64,000 nucleotides of DNA, taken from positions 290,908-354,907 of the forward strand of contig QPMI01000100.1 of the NCBI GenBank assembly GCA_004431415.1, given 5' to 3'. The translations under genes were made by a program, and so were the position numbers. This document shows, piece by piece, positions 21,431 through 32,763 of the stretch (the stretch's first letter is position 1; every line of letters starts with the position of its first letter). The DNA comes from Cyanophora paradoxa CCMP329 (Eukaryota; Plantae; Glaucophyta). Under the pieces are notes generated by a model. It was not told the DNA's origin and made no database searches. It saw only the letters and a program-made list of their open reading frames with translations.

Positions 21431-23524
21431 ATGCTGCGGGCCAAGGCGCTCTTCTTCGCAGCATATACCTCAATCTGCGGCGGCCCGTCGTTCCTCGCTG
21501 TGTTCCTGCGGGGCGCCGGCGTGTCGCCTGCGCAGATCGGCTTGCTGCTCGGCGTGGGCCCCTTCATTTCCGCGGGCGCCTCCGCGGCGCTCACGCTTGA
21601 GGCTGACAAGAGACGGGCCCGCAAGCGCTTCCTGATCCTGTGCGCCGACGCGCTAGCGCTGGCCATCGCTCACTGCGCGCAGCGGCGTGCTGGGTTCTGC
21701 CGTCGCTTTTCAGGTGCTTTGGATATCCGTTTTAGCTCGCAAACGCGCGACTCGCCGCAGGCGTTGGGGGCGTTCTCCACACTCCACGGGCATTTCGCGC
21801 TCGTTCTCGCGGCGTCGCTCGCGCAGTGCGTCCGCGCCCACATCTACCCCTCGATGCTCAACTTCTGGTGATCCCGCCCGCCCACGCAGGAGCATCTTCG
21901 GGAGCGTCGTGGGCCCGCTCATGGACAGCTCGGCCATCGCCATGCTGACGGCCGAGGCGAAGCTCAGGTCGCCGCTCCCCGCGCCGGGCGGCGAGCCGGC
22001 GCCCGACGAGGTCGCGGCGCGCAAGTACTCGCGCCAGCGCCTCTTTGGGACTCTCTCTTGTTGCCTCGCGACGTCCTTCGTCGGCGCCGTCTGCCACGCG
22101 CGCGGCTCCCTGCTCCCCGTATTCCCGCTCGCCGCCCTCTTCTCCGTCGTCTGCGCCCTCGTCGTCTTCCTCGTCGTACCCGGGGACGCGGACCCGCGGG
22201 CCGCGGCCGCCGCGCAGGCGGACCGCCTGATCGCCGAGCGCGCCGCCGCAGAGGCCGCGAAGGGCGGTACCCCTCCGGAGGGGGCGGACGCCGGCACCGC
22301 CCCCTCCCCCGCTCCAGTTTCAAAGGAGGAAGAGGCCTCGAAGCTGCCGTCCCCCCGCTCGCCAAGGCCGGCGGCCGTCAACGTTCCCGGTGCGACCCCC
22401 GTCCCGTCCTCAGCCACGCTTCGGCTGAAGGGCTCCGGACCCGGCGGCAGAGGGGAAGGGCGAGAAGGCGGCGGCGCCGGGCGCTAGCCCCCTCTGGAGC
22501 CTGGCCCTCAACCCCGTTCGTCCCATCTGGTGCGGGTACAGCCGAGGCTGACGGGCGCCGGCCGGCCGGCAGGCCTTCCTCACGTTCCTCGTCTTCGGGT
22601 TCCTGAACGGCGCCGGCCGCTCGGTGTCCGGTGACCCCTTCTCTCAGCTCAGACCAGCCCGCGCCGGGTGCTGAGGAGGGGTACAGGCCAGTACCTCTTC
22701 CTGTACCTCACGGAGCGGCAGAAGGCCTCCTCGCTGCTCCTGGGGCTGACCGCCCCCTTCAGCGTCGCGCTCGAGGCTGGCCGGCCGCCCGCCCGCCCGC
22801 CCCCCCGCGGCCCATCATCTTCCCACCAGGTCGCCTGCTTTGCGGCGGGCCCGATGCTGCTGGAGTGGCTCGGGCCCCCGCCCCTCCTCCTCCTCTCCCA
22901 GGCGCCCGCCCCGCCCCTCTGAGCCCGAACCCTCCTGGGATCACGCGCCCCTCCCTCAGTTCGCGCTGGCGCTGCGCTGCACGGTGTACGCCGTGCTCCC
23001 GGGGGCCCCCGACACAGCCGCCGCAGCGGCCGAGGCCTGGCCCTGGGAGCACACCGTCGTGCTCCTCGCCGAGCTCCTTCAGGTACTCTTAACTTCTACA
23101 TGGCGAGAGCCGTCTACACTGCCTTCCTTCCCCACAGGGCCTCTCGTTCGCGCTCTTCTGGATCGCGGGGGTACACATGGCCGCGAGCGTCGCGCCGGCC
23201 GGACTGGAGGCCGCCTCGCAGGGCGTCTTCCAGGCCTCCAGCGGCGCCCTCGCCAGCGGCGTCGCCGGATTCCTCGGCGGCGCCCTCTACCGTGCGAGCG
23301 AGCCCGTACCCCATCCCATCCCTTCGTTCTGAGCCCTTCCAGAGCGCTCCGGCCCGCTCGCGGTCTACCGCTGGGCCGCCGTCTCTTCCTGTGCACCCAC
23401 CCGCCCGCCCCCCTTCGAATTCTTCCTGACACGGGGGCATGCAGTCGCCGTGCTGGGGGCGCTGGCGGTGCAGCAGGCGGCGCTGCGCGTCGCCGTCGGG
23501 GGCCTCGTCAAGCGCCAGAAGTAG
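21431..23524 (+). CDS. MFS transporter (MFS_1-like / MFSD6-like)
   Basis: FLAVFLRGAGVSPAQIGLL, GPLMDSSAI, YSRQRLFGTL, YLFLYLTE, LLAELLQ|GLSFALFW, APAGLEAASQGVF, GFLGGALY; many TM segments; one apparent frameshift in the central loop. Confidence 0.85.
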
Positions 23525-23704
23525 TAGTAGTCCTGGCCAGAGCTACAGCTAGAGATGCCCTTCGACCCGCTGTAGATTCGAAGCGGCCCTCGCCGCCGCG
23601 CGGCAGCACAGAGCCCGAGAGACAATCTTCCCCGCGTGTGCGTGTTGCGCTACACTCGGGCACAGGGGAGGGAGGGAGCCAGGGGGCCCAGGCTTCGAAG
23701 CCCC

Positions 23705-25430
23705 TCACAGGTTGTCGAACTCGAACTGCGCCTCGCCGTCCCCCTCCGGCTCCTCCTCGGGGGCGGGCCCGGCGGCGCCGGCGCCGGCGCCCGGCTGCGC
23801 CTCGGGCTCCAGGCCGCCGCTGAAGTCCATCCCGGGCTCCGTGATGAAGTCCGCCTCCTCGTCCTCGTCCTCGTCGTCCTCGTCGTCGTCCTTCTTGCCG
23901 CCCTTGGCGGCGAACGAGCGCGAATCGATCACGACGTAGCGCCCGTCGTCCTCCTCCTCCTCGCCCTCGCCCTCCTCGCCCTCGATCTCCTCGACGGGTA
24001 CGTCCCGCGGGCCGTTGTCCTGCCCCATACCCGACCACGTCGTCGCCCGCGTCATCTTGAACCTGCGAATTCCGTACCCCCCGCATCAGAAACACGGTAC
24101 CCCCCTCCCTCTTCCCCCCCTCCCCCTCATGACGCACCACTCGGACTTGTCGACGTGGTTATCGGTGTCCTCGTCGAACTTGGCCATCGCCTGCCGGAGA
24201 TCATTCGGGTCCACCATATCCGAGAAGCGCGCCTGCACAAAAAAGCTGTAGTTAGACGCGAGGCCCGAAACGTGTACCCCCCCCCTCCCCGCAAGGAGGG
24301 CCGGGCGCGCCGCGACGAGGTCGAAGGGTACGTCCTGGCTGAGGAACACGATCTCGAGCTCGGCGAGGGAGAGCGTCCCGTCCGCATGCACCTCGCCCTT
24401 CTCGAGCGCCGGCGCGGGGCCCTCCTCCCACTCCCGCATCGCCTCCTCGTGCGCGGCGCGCGCCTCCGCCTTGGCGGACTCCGTCAGGTCGCCGAACTTG
24501 TTGCGCTGCGCCTCGAGGGGCTCCGGGGGCGGGCCCTTCTTCCCGTCGATCCCGTCGTCCGACATGGCGAGAAACTCTGCGGAGGGGCCGCTCGAGGACC
24601 CGGGGGCAAGAACGAGAGATTCGCGAGCGCACCGCCCTTGTTGACGAACTTGTCCTTGTTCACGTCCATGCTGCGCGCCGGCTCACGAGGTCACGCGCGG
24701 CGCCGGCGGCGGGCCGGTCGGATATCGATGGGGCGGGGCCCGGCCGGCTGCTCGCACCGGCGCATGTTGTTGGTGATCCAGGCCTCGTCGGCGCCCATCT
24801 CGCGCAGGAAGCTGCGCGCGGCCCGGCCGCCGCGCTCAGAGGCGGCGGCGGGGCCTCGAAAGACCGCCCGCCACGCGCACCTTCGCGCATCGTCGAGGGG
24901 GATCTGCGGCAAGGGGCGGGTCAGCGAGGAGCTAAGCGCGGCAAACGATCCGAGCGGACCTTTCCTGAGAAGTAGTCCTTCAGCAGGGCCGCCTGCGCGC
25001 CCAGTGTCAGCAACTGCCGCAGCAACGGCGCCGCCGTTGCTGCCGCCGGGAAACCAGCGGCGGGGGCGTGGGCCCGGGCAGCCGCGAGAGGCGCATCGGC
25101 ATTGGAAACCTAGCTCCGGCGGCACCACTCGCGCCGCCCGCCCGGCGCGCCGGCCGCCCGCCTAAGCCCCCTTCACCCCAGCCCAGCGTTCCCGGCGTCG
25201 CGGCGCACATCAAGCTGGAACTCCTGCGCCTGAGGCTTCGCGAAGCAGCTCCCGCCGCGACACATGAGCTCGCCGTGCTGCTGGGCGGTTAGTCCGCGCT
25301 GACGTCGTGTTCGTGGTGTGCGGGCTGAGACCTCTTCGGGGTCGTATTCGATGATCGGCACGTTGCTGCAGGTCCCGTCCGGGCAGGAGGCGTCGCCGTC
25401 GTCGGGGTTGAGAAGCGGCCGCATCACTGT
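23705..25430 (-). CDS. EF-hand calcium-binding protein with acidic C-terminal tail (5' end uncertain)
   Basis: MDVNKDKFVNKG|EFL, FDEDTDNHVDKSEW, HADGTLSLAELE; Asp/Glu-rich tail ending FEFDNL*. Confidence 0.65.
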
Positions 25431-25765
25431 ACCCGGGCGTTGGCGCGAATTTCGATGCCGCCGGCGCTTCGGGACAGCCGCGAGGGCGGTCTGCAGGATG
25501 CGCGAGCCTCAGCCTCAACGGCCGCGCCCGTGATTCGGGCCGGCCCGGGGGTCAAGGTGCGGTGGACACGGGCGTCGCGCTGCTCGCCTGACGCGCTTGC
25601 GCCCCCCGCAGCTCTCCGAGGCCATCGCGGAGGCACTCTTGGTCGGGAGGTGCGCAAATCTGAGCACGCCGGCTCCCTGCCGCCTTAGCTAGCTTCAAAA
25701 GCGGGGACGCCTTTCAAGCTCCGCTCGCCCCCGCCGCCTCCGTCCACACACGCCACGCGTCTCAG

Positions 25766-28700
25766 GCCCGAGAAGATCTCGCTCGCCTTCCGTCAGATCG
25801 AGGAGATCGACGAGGTCAGCCGGCTTTTGAAGCAGGGGAGCTGCGCGCCCTTTTCGACGAGAGCCGCGCCGCCGCAGGTCGACGTGCGGTTCCGATACGC
25901 GACGTCGCTGCTGCTCAGCCAGAACCGCATCGCCTCCGTGAGCGGCCTGCTCCAATTCTCGCAGCTAAAGGTCCGCCGGGGTGGGGCGCGGCCGGCAGGG
26001 CGCTCGAGCCTGACCCGCGCCGCCCGCCCGCCAGTCCCTGAGCCTCAGCTACAATCGGATCGCGGAGCTGAGCGAGATCGACTGCCTCGCGAACCTGCAG
26101 GGCCTGGAGCGGATCTCCCTGGAGGGAAACCCCGTCCGCGCGGCCCCGGGCTGCCGCACGCGCCTCGTCGCCGGCCTCCCGCGCCTCCGCTACATCGACG
26201 GGGAGCTGGTCACGCAGGAGGAGCGCGCGGACGCAGGCGCCGCGGTCGCGCTCACGGAGGAGGCCGTACCCTTCCTCCTCATCGTCGGCCGCCACGCCGA
26301 GGAGCTGCGCCGCTCCGTCCTACGCCGCCGCCTCAAGCTCGAGCTCTTCTCCCGCGCGTGCGCCTTTCTAACTCTGCGCCCGACGCGCCCGCCCGCCAGG
26401 CCGTACGCCGACCGGCCGCCCGCCGGCAGGTACGGGACGCACGCGGTCTTCTGGCCGGCGCACGCCGTGACGGACGGGCCGGAGCTGGGGCCCACGACCC
26501 CTCCGCCCTCCGTCCTGCGCGGTCCGCCGGCCGCGCCTCGCTCGCGCCCCGCCCCGCCGCTCAGGCTCGGGCGAGCAGAGGCGGAGGCGCCTGACACGGA
26601 CCCCCACAAGCGCGTCTCGCCGCGGCGGGTCCTCGAGTTCGTCCGCAGGAGCACGGCGCTCTTCGGCGAGGCGGCCGAGAGGCCGCCGGCGCCGGCGCTG
26701 GCGGGGGAGGAGGTGGAGGCGGCGGGGCGGGACCTGCAGAAGCGGATCGTGTACGGGAACCCCCGCCTCCTGGACTGGCTCGCCTCCACGTCCAAGTTCG
26801 GGCGGCCGCCCGCCGACCCGCCGTTCTACGTGTGAGTGCGGGCGGCGGGCGACGGGCGCCCTGCGGCTGAAATGAACGGCCCCGCAGCCTGCACGACGAC
26901 TCGGACTACCTGAGGGCCCTCTGGCGGGCCCTGTGGGAGCCCCGCGCCCGCCTCCGTGCGCCCTACGCTCAGTTCAGTTCAGTTCAGCTCACCTGAGCTC
27001 ATCTGAGCCTGCCTCCTCAGAGCGGCTGGAGGCGGAGGCGCGGCAGCTGGCGGGGCTGAACCCGCTCGCGCTGACGGCGGGCGGCGTGCCGGGCCGCTCG
27101 CGCGGGGATCGGGAGGGGCGGCCGCACCCCGCGCGGGCCTGGGAAGCCGTGCGGGAGCGGGGGGTGCCCCAGGAATCTGAAGCTTCCGCGCGCTTCGAGG
27201 TGCGCTTTCCTCCTTGAACCCTCCGCGCCGCGGCCGCTTACTTTCGGGGGCCGCAGCTTCTGGAGCAGCGGGAGCGGGGGTACAGGGCGGCGCTCTACCG
27301 AGCGCAGGCGCGGGCGCACCGGGACCGGCCCTCTCGGGACTTCCAGGCGCAAGCCCAGGCCCCCGTCGAGATCCCTCCGAGCCCGGAGGGGGGCCTGGGC
27401 CTCGCGCCCGAGGCGCGGGGCCGCTTCGAGGGCCTGCGGGACGCGGCGCGGATCCTCTCGGCGGACCTGGAGGCGACGCGGGAGGCCCTGGAGGAGGCGA
27501 GGCGCCGCCTGGAGGCCGCCAAGGGCGTCACGGGCGCGCAGTCGATCCTCATCGGCCAGCTCAAGGCCGAGGCGCGCCTTTCTCCTTCCTTTTCGCTTAA
27601 GCGTTCTTAGCTAAGCTTAAGCTAAAGCGTTCTTAGCTAAGCTGAAGCTAAAGCGTTCTGAGCTAAGCTTAAGCTAAAGCGTTTTAAGCTAAGCTTAAGC
27701 GTAAGCATTTCAAGCTCCGGCGGTCCTCTGAGTCCCGAGGCAGGTGGAGGAGCTGAGGAGGGCGGACGAGGCGCGGCGGGACCGGCGGGAGCGGCGGGTG
27801 CGGCCCTGCCCTTGCCCCCGTCCTCATTTTAGGCTTAAGCTCACACACGCGCTTCCTGCAGGACGTTCTGGAGGGCGTGGTGGAGGAGGTGCGGAGGGCC
27901 CGCGAGGCGCGCCTGCTCTCCGAGGCCTTCTCCGCGTGGCGCATGGCCTGCCGCGGCCCGCCCGCCGACCAGCGCGTGCGTACCCCGGGCCCCCCTTCAT
28001 CCTCCGCACCACGTCCTTCTTATCTAATCTAATCTAATCTATCTACCACCGCCCGCCGGCCAGCGCGTGCGCACCACTCTAATCTTCCTTACGCACCACG
28101 TCCTCCTAATCTAATCTAGTCCAATCTAATTTTCATCTTCCCTCCTTTCCTTTCTCGATCGCCCTCCGAAGGCGCGGACGCACTACGAGCGGCGGGCGAA
28201 GCGGGCGTGCTTCGTGGCGCTGCGGCGGGTGGCCCGCGACGAGCGCGGCGAGCGGCGCCGCGTCCTCAAGCGCGTCATGCAGGCCCTCTACACGAACGTT
28301 CGCCTCCGGTGCGCCCCCCCCCTCCCCCCGGCCCTTCTTCTCCTCCGTACCCCTCTTCTTCTTCTTCCTTCCTGACTTGGGTCCGGCAGGCGCCTAAAGC
28401 GGGCGCTGCTCGCGAGGGTCGAGAACCACTACAAGCACAAGACCTGGCGGAACGTCCTCCTCACCTGGGGTACATGGTCTCTCTGATCTGATCTGATCTG
28501 ATCTGATCTGATCCGATCCGATCCGATCTGAACTGACCTGAACTCTCGCGCGCAGCGGCGGCCGCGAGGCTGCACAACGACGCGCTGGACGGGTTCGCCG
28601 TCGCGCGGTTCGCGCGGAGCACAAAGCGGCAGGCGCTGCGGGCCTGGCGGGACTGGGCGGGGCGGCGGAGGCGCAAGCTATTCGCCATCGTGCACGCGAT

Positions 28701-28917
28701 CCGCCGAACGAAGCGGCGCGCCTTCGAGGCGTGGCGCCGCGCCGCGGGTCTGCGCCGGGGCGCCCTCCGAAAGTCTCAGGTCCTGCGGGGCATCCACGCC
28801 GCCCGGTGCGCCCCTTTGGCTGGATTTCCACGCTAGTCCTGTCTTTACGCGCGCGGCGCCAGGCTCCTTCGGCAGACATGGCAGGCGTGGCGCTTGGCTC
28901 TGATAGCGGCAGGGTGA
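25766..28917 (+). CDS. SDS22-like LRR + LRRcap protein with coiled coil and C-terminal Sfi1-like W/R repeats (ends approximate)
   Basis: SLLLSQNRI, SLSLSYNRI, RISLEGNPV, LPRLRYIDGELVTQEER; C-terminal ALRAWRDW, AFEAWRR, QTWQAWR. Confidence 0.6.
27595..27710. repeat. Intronic ~25-bp tandem repeat (AAGCGTTCTTAGCTAAGCTTAAGCT) x ~4.5
   Basis: Direct inspection; lies in a GC-AG intron (~27572-27743). Confidence 0.85.
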
Positions 28918-29379
28918 GCTCACTCTACCCCTCCGGCCCTCAGACGAGCGCTCCTCACGGGCGGGGTAGGACCGGTCCGCGGAGGAGGCGCCTGGCCGCG
29001 GCGGCGGCGGAGGTTAGGGCCGGCAGGCCGGGAACCGCCCGGGGGGTACCGGCGCGGGGCGGCCGCCCCGGGTCCGCGCCCCCGGCGCGCCCCGCCGCGA
29101 GGCCGGGGTCCGCCCCGCCCGCGAACCCCCGGCTGCGGTCCCAGATCGGACGGATCGCCGTGGCGCCGGCCATCCGATCCGCGGCGCCCAACGGGGACAT
29201 CTCGCGCGCCGTCGCCCGGGCTGTCAACCTGCTTGCCCGCACCGCCTCCATTGCGCCGGCGCCGGCGCCGGCGCCTCTAGCCCCGCCCCGCGGTACGCCC
29301 CGCGGCCGGCAGCAGGGCATTCCGGTAGCGTGTAGCGTTGTAAATGTATAGCCTTTCGCCACAAGCACGGGGACTCGGG

Positions 29380-29930
29380 CGGCGAGGCGGGGCGCGCCGC
29401 GGCGGGGCGGGGCGGGCAGGGGCCGGCGCGGGGCCCGGCGCGATTCGGCCTGTGCGCGGGCGTCAGCGCAGCTCGCGGCGGGCGGGAAGGCGGCGAGGGC
29501 GGCGCGAACCTGGCCTTAGGCCCGTCGGCGAGGCGGGGCGCGCCGCGGCAGGGCGGGGCCGCCGGGCGGGCGGGGCATGATGTGCCTAGCCTAGTAGATA
29601 GCGCGCTATACAGCTGTACTACGGTAGGCCATCGGCTCCGGATCCAGTGAGCAACTACCGCGGGCTGAGGCCAGGTCCGCGCCGCCCCCGCCGCCTCCCC
29701 GCCCGCCGCGAGCCGCGCTGATGCCCGCGCGCAGGCCGGATCGCGCCCTGCGCCGGCCCCTGCCCGCCCCGCCCGCCGCGGCGCGCCCCGCCTCGCCGAC
29801 GGGGCTGAGGCCAGGTCCGCGCCACCCCCGCCGCCTCCCCGCCCGCCGCGTTCCGCGCTGACGCCCGCGCACAGGCCGGATCGCGCCCCGCGCCGGCCCC
29901 TGTCCGCCCCGCCCCGCCGCTGCGCATCCC
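29380..29930. repeat. Foldback structure: ~140-bp GC-rich unit, ~1.3 copies facing two inverted copies across a ~90-bp loop
   Basis: Reverse complement of 29440-29520 matches ~29663-29745 and ~29803-29885. Confidence 0.8.
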
Positions 29931-30104
29931 GCCTTGCATCCCTGTCCTTCTTGAAAACCACACTCGAGCACATACACTACAGAAATACGTATACAGAAAA
30001 TACAGAAGAGCGAGACCGAAAAATCGCGACGAGCGAGGCCGGCGATAAAATTTTGGGAGAGAATTCGAACTCGGGGCCGGGCCCAATTTTTGCAAGCGTT
30101 TGCC

Positions 30105-30500
30105 GATTTTGACATTTCCCCCCGAACTTCGGAATTCGCGCACAATCTCGAGAATCACGGATATTCCGGCGAAATTCTGGTGAGATTCTGGCGAGAATTC
30201 GGGCCACGACGGTTTCCGGTTTCGACATTTCCCCCGAATTCGCGCACAATCTCGAGAATCACAGATATTCCGGCGAATTTCTGGTGAGATTCTGGCGAGA
30301 ATTCGGGCCACGCCGGTTTCCGGTTTTGACATTTAATTCCCCCTAAAATCGCGCACAATCTCGAGAATCACGAAGATTCTGGCGAAATTCTGGTGAGATG
30401 AGCCGGGGCCCCGGTTTTGACATCATACCCATTATCTTCTCGAATCTCGACACTGACGTTACCCATGGAATATACGCACAATCTCAAGACAATGTCCAGA
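30105..30500. repeat. Tandem array of ~105-bp units (...GCGCACAATCTCGAGAATCAC..TTCTGGTGAGATTCTGGCGAGAATTCGGGCCAC...)
   Basis: Three full units and one degenerate unit. Confidence 0.85.
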
Positions 30501-30679
30501 ATTCACTATAGTTGTCAAGACAATGTCAAGACTTGTAGGAACGAGATTTCGGAAATAAGTGAGGCGAAGTGCCGCCCAGTGCCGCAGTGCCCCACCAAGG
30601 CCGAAAGCTAGTCAAATCACACCGAAGTCTCTGTACACATTGACTGTTGTACACATCCTCCCCACCAAGCTGCAGAGGG

Positions 30680-31370
30680 TCGCGCCGTCGCCCACCGAAA
30701 GCCGCGCCGCCACCACCTACGCCTCCTGCCCGCCCAGAGGGCCGCGCCGTCGCCCGCCGCGAGCCGCGCCGCCACGCTGCCGCCCGCCGCGCCTTCGCCC
30801 CGCCCGGCGAGCCGCGCAGCCGCCCACTGCGCCTCCGCCCGGTGCTGCGAGCCGGCGCCGCGGCTCCGCCACCGCGCCTCCGCCCCGGGTCGTGCCGCGC
30901 CGCCGCCTGCTGAGGCAGCCCCTCACCGCGCCTCCGGCCCGCCCGGCGAGCTGCGCGGCCGCCTGGCGAGCTGCGCCGCCCTCGCCGCGCCTCCGGCCAG
31001 CCCGGCGAGCCGCGCGGCCGCCCGCCGCGCCTCCGCGCTGTGCGGCAAGCCGTGCCGCCGCCCGCGCTGCCTCCGCCCCGCCCAGCGAGCCGCGGCGCGC
31101 GCCGCGCCTCCTGCCCGCCCAGAGGGCCACGCCGTCGCCCGCCGCGAGCCGCGCCGCCGCGCTCTCGCCCGCAGCGCCTCCGCAACGCCCAGCGAGCCGC
31201 GGCGCCGCCCCCCGCGCCTCCGCCCCGTGCTGCGAGCCGGCGCCGACGCCCGCCGCGCCTCCGCCCCGCGGCCCCCGCCGGGTCGAGCCCCGCCGCCGCA
31301 TGCTGCGCCTCCGTCCCGCCCGGCGAGCCGCGCGGCCGCCTGCCGAAGGCGCCGCGGCGCCTCCACGACT
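30680..31370. repeat. Degenerate GC-rich minisatellite (CCCGGCGAGCCGCGC / CCGCGCCTCCGCC motifs)
   Basis: Motifs recur many times. Confidence 0.65.
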
Positions 31371-32607
31371 GAGGCAACTGCAGATCTAGACGCGTGTAGC
31401 AATCAATGCGTTGCACGGCCCCACGAATTGTCTATGAGGGAACGACTCTTTGCTGCGTAAACCGTTCGCACCGCTTGCTGTTAGGCCGGGCCTTGCATGG
31501 AAATGTTGTGGCGCGTCGACGTCAACGTTACGTCTGCGTAGCGCGCATCATCGGCCGGGGGGTGGGGTTGCTCAGGCTATCATCAGTAACGACAAGAAGC
31601 GATCCAGCGCGGCCGGGAACTGGCCAAGAGAGCAGCCGCTGCGTATTGCCGGCTGCTCTCTTCCCGGCCGCGCTTCGCTCACTGGTTCTCTCGCCCATTC
31701 GGTTGTGCTGCGTGGCTGCGCCTGCGGGTGCCGCGGTCTCTGTAGCAGGCTTGTCTGACACACTAGACTGCCAGTCTCGCAGGGGTAGCAGGCTTGAAGC
31801 AAGGGTACACATCCCACAACCTTCGGCAACGGCCTCAGCTTCCAAAAGCTGCATCAGCTAACCCTCGCACGAGCAGCAGCGTTCAGCTGCGGCCCCTAGC
31901 GCGTGTTTGCGTTCTTTACGCGCGCAGGTCCTGTCTTGTTCACGCACAGGTCGGACCAACGGACGTCGACCGCAGTCGGTCTGCGGCCGTCCGGTTGTCC
32001 CAGCGTGTGCCACACTGGCTGACTATCTCTTCAGGACGGACAAGCGACCCGAAGATGCATTCTCCGAAGTCTTTGTCAGGTCCGACCAGCCGGGGCCGCC
32101 GAGCCGTGACTAACGTGTGCCACGGTGCCCCACAAGGCTTCATGACCGTCGGAAATGCTCAGCTATCTGATCGCTCCGCGCAGGCATCTCCGCATCTGGT
32201 GCGTGTCACTTTGCGATTGCGCTTGCTCGCGTTATAGGAGAGCACATCCCTCGTAGACCTAGTCTATATGAGTCTTCTAGTGCGTAGCTACGCCCTTTAG
32301 CGTGTCCGTTGCACGACGTTCACATGGCTTGCAGGTCAGCGAGATGGCGGCGGCGGCGGCGGCCTTCCTGGGCGGCAACACGGCCATTTCTTAGCGGGCG
32401 ACTCAATGGCGCTGGCAAGGCGCGGCGAAGGCGGCAACTTAGCGTTTTCCAGTCTAGCTAGCTTAGCGTAGTGCAGGTTGTGCAGCCTAGCTAGCTTAGC
32501 GTAGCATAGCATAGCGCTAGCTAGCCAAGTGTGTCAGTGTGAATGAAGGCTGTTGTAATCACCGTGCTGCTGCTGGCGGTAGGGTGGGAATGATAGGTGG
32601 GAAGGCG

Positions 32608-32763
32608 TCTAGATGACGTCTAGATGACTACCAGCTAGATAACGTCTACATAACTACTAGATGACGTCTAGATGACCACTAGATAACAACTAGATAACTA
32701 TCTAGGTTTTGCAAATCTCGTGAGATAGTCAACTAGTTGTCAACTAGCTGTCAACTAGCTAGT
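32608..32763. repeat. ~11-bp CTAG-core tandem repeats (TCTAGATGACG / ACTAGATAAC; GTCAACTAG x3)
   Basis: Direct inspection. Confidence 0.75.

Noticed and set aside
30105-30500. CRISPR-like array
   Set aside because: Whole units repeat with no unique spacers, no cas genes, eukaryotic context
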